Source: an uncultured Bacteroidales bacterium (GTDB lineage: Bacteria > Bacteroidota > Bacteroidia > Bacteroidales > VadinHA17). Taken from it: a DNA stretch of 64,000 bases. The notes under the pieces were generated by a model. The model had not been told where the DNA came from. It made no database searches and was given only the letters and a program-made list of their open reading frames with translations. The position numbers and the translations under genes were made by a program. Where the stretch lies: positions 166,826 to 230,825 of the forward strand of contig CAWIQG010000004.1 in the NCBI GenBank assembly GCA_963838215.1, read 5' to 3'. Positions 56,843-64,000 of the stretch are shown here, piece by piece. Within the stretch, counting starts at the first letter, position 1; every line of letters starts with the position of its first letter.

Positions 56843-58564
56843 TCATAATAACACATTTCTTTTTTCAAAATGAGTATAAAATATCTTTTTATTTGTAATG
56901 TCATTATTTTCTTTTAAAAACTTCTCATAGAGATTAATTATTGCCGGTGATTTGCAAGGTAAATTAATTGCTTCAGTATCATCGGTCTGATAAATAAATT
57001 TCGCCCGATTCCTGATTTCTTCTTTTGAAGTACTGAAAGGCAGTCCTGCTCCATGTACACATCCCCCGGGACACGTCATCACTTCAATAAGATCGTATTT
57101 TTTACCTGAAACAGTAGATGTTCTTAGTTTTTCAAGACCCGTAAGCCCGTCAATTACAGCTATATTCAACTCAGTTTCGCCAATATATACTTTTGTCTCC
57201 CTGAAGGACCCACCAGACCGGAGTTTTTTAAAAAGCTGTTTGTCAACCTCTTTCTTAAGTTTCAGAAAATGGAACGAACGTATAACTCCTTCAGCCAATC
57301 CGCCTGATACTTCAGCCAGTACCGCTGCAGAACTTCTCCCTGCCATTGGTTCGTCTGCCGGTTCATGTTCAATATTTGTTGTGTCTATACCATATAACCG
57401 TATAAGCCTGGCTAGTTCTCTTACAGTCAAAACAGAATCAACGTCACTTATTCCCTTTCTCATCATTCCATCGCGACGGGCTTCAAATTTCATTGCCATA
57501 CAAGGAGTTACAGATACCGAAAAGATTTCTTCCGGTTTCGCACCTGACTGTCCGGCAACAAGTGTTTTAACCAGAACCCCGGTTATCTGTTGCGGCGATT
57601 TTACTGTGGAGAGCTGCGGAATTAGCGAAGGGATGAACTGCTCTGCATATTTAACCCAGGCCGGGCAGGCAGAAATAATTAAAGGTGTTTCAGATTTATT
57701 TTCAATTTTTTCTGATAACTGACCGGTAATTTCAGTGATACATACATCAGTGCCTGTACCTGTTGTGAATACTTTATCGAAACCTATCTTGCGCAGAATG
57801 GCATTCAGTATTTTATCAAATTCCCTGTTGTACCTCATCCCGAGTTCTTCAGCAATTCCGACAGTCACCAAAGGGGAATACTGAATGATTTTAACAATAT
57901 CAGGTTTATGAAGGTATTCCTGAACTTCGGTTATGTTATGCTTTTCATGAAGTGCTCCGGTAGGACAAACGAGCACGCACTGGCCGCAATGAATACAACT
58001 TGAGAAGTTGAAATCTTTGTCCATTGCTGCCCCGATATGTGTCTCTTTTCCTTTATTAATAAAATCGAGTGAAATTGAAGTTATGACCTCCTCACAGACT
58101 CTGACACATCTTCCGCAAAGAATACATTTCGAGAGCTCCCTGACAATGGCAGGGCTCGACTGGTCGAGATGAGGTTTTATCTTTTTGCCTCGTATCCGTC
58201 GCTCCCGGATGTTCAGTTCTTCAGAAAGACGCTGCAATTCACAATTCAGGTTCCTGTCGCAATAAAGGCAATCATCCGGATGATTTGAGAGAAGAAGCTC
58301 AACTATCGTTTTTCTTGCCATTATCACTCTTGGGGAATGGGTTTTTATTTTCATCCATTCTTCTACTGGCTGAGAGCAGGCTGTGACCAGACGGTCGCGA
58401 CCATCGACTTCAACTACACACATTCTGCAGGCGCCTGTCGGAGTAAACTCCTTCATCCTGCAAAGAGTAGGAATAATGATCCCGTTACGATTAAGGGCTG
58501 AGAGAATAGTCTCACCTTTTTCAGCCCTGATCTTTTTATTATTTACCTGTATTGTAAAAAGCAT
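56843..58564 (-). CDS. hydA: [FeFe]-hydrogenase large subunit HydA, CpI-like M3 architecture, non-canonical active-site surroundings
   Basis: 573 aa. N-terminal 2Fe-2S, His-ligated 4Fe-4S (HPDDCLYCDRNLNC), two ferredoxin motifs, H-domain motifs ISACPAW / TPCMAMKFE / EVMTCPGGCVHGAG, small-subunit-like C-terminus (SPAIINLYEKFL...YTHFEKR). Confidence 0.85.
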   Translation of the reverse strand: MLFTIQVNNKKIRAEKGETILSALNRNGIIIPTLCRMKEFTPTGACRMCVVEVDGRDRLVTACSQPVEEWMKIKTHSPRVIMARKTIVELLLSNHPDDCLYCDRNLNCELQRLSEELNIRERRIRGKKIKPHLDQSSPAIVRELSKCILCGRCVRVCEEVITSISLDFINKGKETHIGAAMDKDFNFSSCIHCGQCVLVCPTGALHEKHNITEVQEYLHKPDIVKIIQYSPLVTVGIAEELGMRYNREFDKILNAILRKIGFDKVFTTGTGTDVCITEITGQLSEKIENKSETPLIISACPAWVKYAEQFIPSLIPQLSTVKSPQQITGVLVKTLVAGQSGAKPEEIFSVSVTPCMAMKFEARRDGMMRKGISDVDSVLTVRELARLIRLYGIDTTNIEHEPADEPMAGRSSAAVLAEVSGGLAEGVIRSFHFLKLKKEVDKQLFKKLRSGGSFRETKVYIGETELNIAVIDGLTGLEKLRTSTVSGKKYDLIEVMTCPGGCVHGAGLPFSTSKEEIRNRAKFIYQTDDTEAINLPCKSPAIINLYEKFLKENNDITNKKIFYTHFEKRNVLL

Positions 58565-58569
58565 ATATG

Positions 58570-60507
58570 CTATTTAACGGTGATTGCACTAAATTTACAG
58601 ATGTCGAAACAGATACCACAGCCAGTGCATTTTTCCTCAACAATGAAGAATGGCTGAAGTCGTGTTCCATAAATCGCATTAACAGGACATTTGGCAGCAC
58701 AGGCTGTGCATCCTGTACATTTTTCCACATCGATGGAAAAAGTCCTTAACCCTCTGCATATATTTGCCCGGCATTTCCTGTCGAAAATGTGTTCTTCAAA
58801 TTCATCCCTGAAATTTTTCAAAGCACTGATAAACGGGTTAGGAGCTGTCTGACCGAGACCGCACAGAGATGTATCCTTCATTACCGATGCAATTGTCTCG
58901 AGCTGCATGACTCCCTTGAACCGTTCAAGAGTAGTACCGGATTCTTCATTTAAAGGTTTTTTTATTACGCTATCAAGGATTTCGAGCATCCTACCCGTGC
59001 CTTCACGGCAGGGGATGCATTTTCCACAACTCTCATTTCGCATGAATTCCATATAATATCTGACGAGGTCGACCATACAGGTGTTTTCATCTATTATTAC
59101 AAATCCACCTGCACCCATTCCGATCCCTTTTTCCTTAAGCTCATCATAATCTATTGCAATATCGAGGTTTTCATTGGTTATGAATGAACCTGATGCTCCT
59201 CCTAACTGTATGGCTTTAAACTCTTTCCCTTCCCTTATCCCATCAGCTATTTCTTCCAGGATTGTCCTTATCGTCGTACCCATTTCGACCTCAATCACTC
59301 CTGACATCCGGCCTTTTCCAGCCACGGCAAAAACTTTCGTGCCCGGACTGTTTTCCGTTCCGAGTGTCCTAAACCATTCCGGACCGTTCTGCATAATGAG
59401 CGGGACATTCATTAGAGTCTCAACATTATTTATTACAGTTGGTTTTCCGAATAATCCCGCTGTAGTCGGATATGGAGGTTTAAGGCGCGGCATTCCCCTT
59501 TTTCCTTCAAGAGTATTTATAAGAGCCGTTTCTTCTCCGCAGACAAAGGCTCCTGGTTCTTTCCGTATTACAACATCGAGGTTATAGCCACTTGAAAAAA
59601 TATTATGCCCAAAAAGACCATATTCTCTTGCTTTGTCAATTGCTTTCTGAAGCTTGTTGAGAGCATGATCAGATCCTGATCTCATAAATATTATAGCATT
59701 TGAAGCTCCTATTGCGTACGATGCAATAGCAATACCTTCAATGAGACGATGCGGGTCGCTTTCAAGAATGGTCCTGTCAGTGAAGGCTCCGGGGTCGCTC
59801 TCCTTAGCATTACAGATCAGATACCTTGCGTTCGAACTTGCATTAAGAGCATGCTTCCACTTGAGACCAGTAAGATAACCTCCACCGCTTCTTCCCCTCA
59901 GTCCGCTCTTTTCAATAATATCACAAACCTCCTCAAAGGTATAATGTCTGATTGCCTTAATATAGGCACGATATCCACCGCGAGCGATGTATTCTTCAAT
60001 GCGTTCAGGATCGTAACATCCGCAATTGTCGAGAACCACTTTTTTCTGATTGGCAAAGAAAGGTAAATTATCCAAAAATGGGATCCCGTTCCATAATTCA
60101 AATCCTTTGGTTCCGGTTTGCCCAACGAGGTCATCCTCGTTTATATCATTATGGAAAACACCATTGAGAAGAGGTTCAACCTTCTCCTCGGTTATATTTC
60201 TGAAGTATAACTTATTTTTCCCGGGAATATGAACACATACTATGGGCTCAAAATTTGAAGGTCCTGTACAACCCACGCGTACTAATCCCACAGCTGGCTC
60301 ATTTTCTGTAATATAAGTCTCGATGGAAGAATAGGTTTTTTCCGATCCGGCTATGATACTGCTTGTACCGGATGAAACAAAGATTACAGGTTTATCGGGT
60401 TTTTCCCGTCTTACCTGTTGCAATATCTTTTCTGTTTCCGGTGACAATGTATCGGATTCAAATAAAAGAACCTTTTCGATAATGAAAGTTTTTAAATCTT
60501 CCATCAT
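58570..60507 (-). CDS. hydB: NuoF-like HydB subunit (thioredoxin-like N-domain, FMN/NADH module, 4Fe-4S, C-terminal 2x[4Fe-4S])
   Basis: 645 aa. GLRGRSGGGYLTGLKW, CGEETALINTLEGKRGMPRLKPPYP, ESCGKCIPCREG, SLCGLGQTAPNP, and terminal CTGCTACAAKCP / CTGCGICFDIC. Confidence 0.85.
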   Translation of the reverse strand: MMEDLKTFIIEKVLLFESDTLSPETEKILQQVRREKPDKPVIFVSSGTSSIIAGSEKTYSSIETYITENEPAVGLVRVGCTGPSNFEPIVCVHIPGKNKLYFRNITEEKVEPLLNGVFHNDINEDDLVGQTGTKGFELWNGIPFLDNLPFFANQKKVVLDNCGCYDPERIEEYIARGGYRAYIKAIRHYTFEEVCDIIEKSGLRGRSGGGYLTGLKWKHALNASSNARYLICNAKESDPGAFTDRTILESDPHRLIEGIAIASYAIGASNAIIFMRSGSDHALNKLQKAIDKAREYGLFGHNIFSSGYNLDVVIRKEPGAFVCGEETALINTLEGKRGMPRLKPPYPTTAGLFGKPTVINNVETLMNVPLIMQNGPEWFRTLGTENSPGTKVFAVAGKGRMSGVIEVEMGTTIRTILEEIADGIREGKEFKAIQLGGASGSFITNENLDIAIDYDELKEKGIGMGAGGFVIIDENTCMVDLVRYYMEFMRNESCGKCIPCREGTGRMLEILDSVIKKPLNEESGTTLERFKGVMQLETIASVMKDTSLCGLGQTAPNPFISALKNFRDEFEEHIFDRKCRANICRGLRTFSIDVEKCTGCTACAAKCPVNAIYGTRLQPFFIVEEKCTGCGICFDICKFSAITVK

Positions 60508-60522
60508 AAGTGCATAACAGAA

Positions 60523-60993
60523 TTAGTCGTTTTCAACAACGTACTTTAATCTTTTAATCAGCTCGGGCAATTGTTCAGCTTTAATATGGATTTGATATTC
60601 TCCGTTAACATTAATTACCGGACCATTGTAACAACCACCCATGCATGAAACAATCTCATAGCTGAAATTCCCATCCCTGGTTGTTTGTCCGGGCATTGCT
60701 CCCGTTTCTTCTTTAATTTTATTAATGATTGATTGTGACCCGTTCAGGAAACAGGATGTGCCATTACAAATCCTGATCTGAACTTTTCCGGCAGGAATAA
60801 ACCTGAACCTGTCATAAAATGTTGCAAGGCCATAAATTTTTGTCGTACTTAACCCTAAAAAACCACCAACCCTGATAATAGCTTCTTCAGAAAGATATCC
60901 ATAATCTTCCTGTATTTCCTGAAGAAGAGGAATAAGATCCTCTCTTTTCCCCTGTTTGTATTTTTTCAGAATTATGTCAATATCTGAACCCAT
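60523..60993 (-). CDS. hydC: NuoE-like HydC subunit (thioredoxin-like 2Fe-2S)
   Basis: 156 aa. ICNGTSCFLNG and VSCMGGCYNGPVINVNG (Cx4C...Cx3C). Confidence 0.85.
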   Translation of the reverse strand: MGSDIDIILKKYKQGKREDLIPLLQEIQEDYGYLSEEAIIRVGGFLGLSTTKIYGLATFYDRFRFIPAGKVQIRICNGTSCFLNGSQSIINKIKEETGAMPGQTTRDGNFSYEIVSCMGGCYNGPVINVNGEYQIHIKAEQLPELIKRLKYVVEND

Positions 60994-61023
60994 TCTGATG
61001 ATATAAAGTAGATAATTTCAATA

Positions 61024-61031
61024 CAAAGATA
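61024..61031 (-). promoter_or_regulatory. candidate -7 box for hydCBA (TATCTTTG on minus strand)
   Basis: Matches TAnnTTTG about 31 nt upstream of the hydC ATG (60993). Confidence 0.4.
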
Positions 61032-61041
61032 AAACTATTTA

Positions 61042-61059
61042 TTGTTAATAAATAAACAT
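61042..61059. promoter_or_regulatory. second, imperfect Rex-like box (TTGTTAA-TAAA-TAAACAT)
   Basis: Perfect left half-site. The right half-site has 2 mismatches. Abuts the perfect box. Confidence 0.3.
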
Positions 61060-61076
61060 TGTTAATTTATTAACAA
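61059..61076. promoter_or_regulatory. Rex-type operator TTGTTAA-TTTA-TTAACAA
   Basis: Perfect 7-bp inverted half-sites with a 4-nt spacer, matching the clostridial-type Rex consensus TTGTTAAnnnnTTAACAA as I recall it. Located in the divergent hydC / 2Fe-2S-gene promoter region; rex is encoded 8 kb away in the same locus. Confidence 0.6.
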
Positions 61077-61262
61077 TAATATTAGTATTATATATCTTGT
61101 TATATTTTATATTACAGGACTGATTACCTTGTACTTACATAGATTACATCATTTAATCTGATCTCCTCTGTCTCTTTCAGGAATTTAAAATTTGAATAAA
61201 CTATAAGTTGACTAAGCGAATTTTAGATAAAAAGAGATTGATATCTGCTGGCAAAAAATTAT

Positions 61263-61270
61263 TACTTTTG
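61263..61270 (+). promoter_or_regulatory. candidate -7 box (TACTTTTG) for the divergent sensor operon
   Basis: Matches TAnnTTTG 17 nt upstream of ATG 61287. Confidence 0.45.
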
Positions 61271-61286
61271 ATGTAGTTGTTTATTT

Positions 61287-61556
61287 ATGAACAGTAAGAA
61301 AATGGCTCAAAGAATTGAAATGCAGATTTGTCTTGGCAGTTCATGTTTCTCCAGAGGTAACAAAGATGTGGTAATGTTCATACGCGAATACCTCAGGAAA
61401 AATCATCTCGATGACAAAGTCATTTTTAAAGGAGCGCGTTGTATGGACCGTTGCAGTAATGGTCCGAATCTTAATATAAACGGAATGATTATTGAGGATG
61501 TCACCATTTCAAAAATTGAGTGCATTCTGGAAAAAGAGCTTGCCAGATTTATATAA
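61287..61556 (+). CDS. small thioredoxin-like [2Fe-2S] ferredoxin (HfsA/NuoE-like)
   Basis: 89 aa. CLGSSCFSRG and ARCMDRCSNGPNLNING (Cx4C...Cx3C). Confidence 0.8.
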   Translation: MNSKKMAQRIEMQICLGSSCFSRGNKDVVMFIREYLRKNHLDDKVIFKGARCMDRCSNGPNLNINGMIIEDVTISKIECILEKELARFI

Positions 61557-61609
61557 ACTCAAATAAGTACCTGAAATGCACCGAAATTCGGGTGCTTAAA
61601 ATTATAAGC

Positions 61610-63496
61610 ATGATAAACGGAAAACCTGTTCTTTACATAAATGATAAAAAATGCAGAAATTCATATTCCTGCGTGCGTGTCTGCCCTGTAAATGCCATTG
61701 AGGTCAGGCCCCAGAAGGCGCATCCATATATCCTTCCTGCCAGATGCATAGGATGCGGATTATGTTATGTATCATGCACTCCTGACGCGATTGAGTTCCG
61801 CGACTCCAGCGAAGATGTGAAGAAATTATTATCATCGGGCAGGAAAACTGCAGCTCTTATTGAACCAAGTATTGCATCGGAGTTTGACGATATTACTGAT
61901 TACAGGAAGCTTGTTGCAATGATAAGATTGCTCGGATTTGATTATGTTCATGAAGGTTCGTTCGGAGCTGATCTGATAGCGGCAGCTTATGCAAAACTAT
62001 TCTCGAAAGCTGAAGGCAAGTATCTTATAACTGCCAACTGCCCGTCAATTGTTAAAATGATAGAAAAATTTCATCCGGAACTTGTGCCTAATCTTGCACC
62101 ATTAGTTTCACCGATGATTGCTACGGCAATGGTTGTTAAAGAGTTATATGGAGATGATGTAGCCACGGTCCAGATTGGGCCATGCATAGATGCGAAAGAT
62201 GAATCTTTGATTTATAATTCAGGTAAGCTTGTCGATGGGGTCCTGACTTTTGTTGAAGTGCGACAGCTTTTTGATGAATTCAGGATACAGGAGAGACTCG
62301 TAAAAATGTCGGATTTCGATCCACCGCATGGCAACTGGGGAGCCCTCTACCCTCTTCCTGCCGGCATTATACAGGCAGGAGGAATAAAACGCGATATGGT
62401 TTCGAGCAGTGTAATTACGGCTTCAGGAAAAGAAGAGATCCTTGAAGCAATTAATGACTTCGATAAGTACATTGACACTATTCAGCACCATTTTAACCTT
62501 TTCTTCTGTCACGGATGTCTTCTTGGCCCGGGTATGGAACAACATAACGAACGTTTCAGGAGAAGATCGCTTGTGCGGAAGTATGCAGAAAAGAGGGTTG
62601 GCAAACTTGATAAAGCGCTTTGGCAAAAGAATATGGAAAAATGGTCGAAACTCGATTTTTCAAGAACCTTCACACCTGACGACCAGAGAATTCCTGAACC
62701 TCCGGAAGAGTCTATAGCAGAAGTACTTAAAATTATCGGTAAAGACAATCCTGATGAAGAGATAAACTGTGGAGCTTGCGGATATCTATCGTGCCGCGAA
62801 TTTGCCTCGACGGTGGCAAAAGGGCTCGCAGTTCCTGAAATGTGTCACACTTTCAATCTTCGCAATAAGCAGGAGTATATTGAAACATTAAGACAGACTA
62901 ACCGAAAACTGGCTGAAACTAAAAAGGCTCTCAAAGAATCAGAAGAACTTGCCCGTCGGGAAAAGGAGATTGCCCAGAGTGCTTCGGATATGATGAATAA
63001 CATGCTCGAAAAGCTTCCAACCGGGGTGGTCATTGTGGACAATAATCTCAAAATACTTCATTCCAATCAAAGCTTTATTAATATAATCGGCGAAGATGCC
63101 AGGGCAATCTCCGATGTCATTCCCGGACTGGTTGGCGCTGATGTCAAGACTCTAATCCCTTTCAATGTATATAACATGTTTACATTTGTTATAAAAGAAG
63201 ATGAGCCTGTTGTGAGCAAAGATGTTCACTTTGAAGACAAAATGCTGAATATTTCAATCTTCCCAATAAGGAAGAATAAGATATGCGGGGCAATAATCCG
63301 CGATCTCTATTCCCCTGAAGTGCAAGGTGAAGAGGTGACAAACAGGGTAAGTGAAGTAATTGATAAGAACCTTGAAATGGTACAAAAGATCGGATTTTTG
63401 CTTGGAGAAGGCGCTTCAGAGACTGAACAGATGCTCAATTCAATTATCGAATCATATAAAAAGAAAAAAGGAAATCTGAAAAATAATCAGAAATAA
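61610..63496 (+). CDS. [FeFe]-hydrogenase-like PAS sensor (HydS/HfsB-like)
   Basis: Start moved to MINGKPVLYI. Ferredoxin motifs CRNSYSCVRVCP (one Cys missing) and CIGCGLCYVSC; H-domain-like TANCPS, GPCIDAKDE, FFCHGCLLGPG; NCGACGYLSCREFASTVAKGLAVPEMC; coiled coil; C-terminal PAS-like region (LPTGVVIVDNNLKILHSNQSF). Confidence 0.85.
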   Translation: MINGKPVLYINDKKCRNSYSCVRVCPVNAIEVRPQKAHPYILPARCIGCGLCYVSCTPDAIEFRDSSEDVKKLLSSGRKTAALIEPSIASEFDDITDYRKLVAMIRLLGFDYVHEGSFGADLIAAAYAKLFSKAEGKYLITANCPSIVKMIEKFHPELVPNLAPLVSPMIATAMVVKELYGDDVATVQIGPCIDAKDESLIYNSGKLVDGVLTFVEVRQLFDEFRIQERLVKMSDFDPPHGNWGALYPLPAGIIQAGGIKRDMVSSSVITASGKEEILEAINDFDKYIDTIQHHFNLFFCHGCLLGPGMEQHNERFRRRSLVRKYAEKRVGKLDKALWQKNMEKWSKLDFSRTFTPDDQRIPEPPEESIAEVLKIIGKDNPDEEINCGACGYLSCREFASTVAKGLAVPEMCHTFNLRNKQEYIETLRQTNRKLAETKKALKESEELARREKEIAQSASDMMNNMLEKLPTGVVIVDNNLKILHSNQSFINIIGEDARAISDVIPGLVGADVKTLIPFNVYNMFTFVIKEDEPVVSKDVHFEDKMLNISIFPIRKNKICGAIIRDLYSPEVQGEEVTNRVSEVIDKNLEMVQKIGFLLGEGASETEQMLNSIIESYKKKKGNLKNNQK

Positions 63497-63502
63497 GCTT
63501 TA

Positions 63503-64000
63503 GTGAACAAGAACTTTTATATAGAGGTAAACAGCCAGCAAAGGAACTACGACGGAGAGAGAATTTGCGGAGATGTCTTCCTATACCGGTATATAAAAGA
63601 AGAAGACAGGGTTATTGCTGTATTGTCTGACGGGATGGGGCATGGAGTTAAAGCAAATATACTTGCTACACTCACTGCAACAATGGCTCTCAATTTCACC
63701 CGGGAACATAAAGAGGTTGACCATATTGCAGATATAATAATGAATACATTGCCAGTTTGCAGCGAAAGGAAAATAAGCTATTCCACATTCACAATAATCG
63801 ACATTGAGAGCAGTGGCCGGGCCACCATACTCGAATATGACAATCCTTCAACTATTGTCTTGAGAGGCAATCAGATGTTTGATCCTTCTTGGAAAAAGGT
63901 AATTCTTGAAAAAGGAAAACATTCCGGGAAAGTGCTTAAGACCTGTACCTTTAAACCTGAAAAGGAAGACAGGATAATCTTCTGCTCAGATGGAGTTTCG
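63503..64000 (+). CDS. SpoIIE/PP2C-family serine phosphatase (HfsC/RsbU-like), 3' end beyond window
   Basis: Not in the ORF track. GTG at 63503 opens a frame translating VNKNFYIEVNSQQRNYDGERICGDVFLYRYIKEEDRVIAVLSDGMGHGVKANILA...RIIFCSDGVS, which has the GD...DGMGHG...SDG PP2C signature. Confidence 0.8.
   Translation, partial: MNKNFYIEVNSQQRNYDGERICGDVFLYRYIKEEDRVIAVLSDGMGHGVKANILATLTATMALNFTREHKEVDHIADIIMNTLPVCSERKISYSTFTIIDIESSGRATILEYDNPSTIVLRGNQMFDPSWKKVILEKGKHSGKVLKTCTFKPEKEDRIIFCSDGVS

Noticed and set aside
1-64000. Search for mobile elements, defence systems, toxin-antitoxin pairs, and rRNA/tRNA genes
   Set aside because: I found no integrase, transposase, recombinase, restriction/modification, Cas or abortive-infection-like proteins among the translated ORFs. 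I also recognised no terminal inverted repeats or stable RNA genes. The window looks like core chromosome.

Overview
This 64-kb window is a low-GC, densely coding chromosome segment of about 60 genes. I saw no rRNA, tRNA, CRISPR array, transposase or integrase. It looks like an anaerobic, fermentative member of the Bacteroidota: it has gldF/gldG gliding-ABC genes, surE-lpxB-spoIID synteny, recurring TAnnTTTG (-7) promoter boxes and no obvious Shine-Dalgarno signals. The left half is housekeeping and accessory metabolism. It holds an OmpR-type two-component pair next to three small secreted proteins, a Tat-exported two-subunit molybdo-hydroxylase with XdhC and MocA-like helpers, an amidase, nagA/nagB, dnaN, pheT, gmk, nadD and a tryptophanase-family lyase. 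The right half is an energy-metabolism island. It holds an 8-gene amino-acid fermentation operon (ADP-forming acyl-CoA synthetase, ACT, PaaK, aminotransferase, four-subunit 2-oxoacid:ferredoxin oxidoreductase). It also holds the [FeFe]-hydrogenase maturases HydE and HydG with a tandem-duplicated TM1266-like regulator, RibF, Rex, and a hydC-hydB-hydA operon. The most interesting region is 52.5-64 kb, where the HydABC operon sits between two different hydrogenase-like sensor modules. One sensor is fused to a histidine kinase and followed by REC and REC-kinase proteins that have no output domain. The other is PAS-type and is transcribed divergently with a small 2Fe-2S protein and a PP2C phosphatase. 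The shared promoter region carries a perfect Rex-type operator, and the nominally catalytic HydA lacks the canonical proton-transfer residues. Several intergenic spacers carry unusual short-period tandem repeats. All functional calls come from reading the translated ORFs against motifs recalled from memory; no database search was run.
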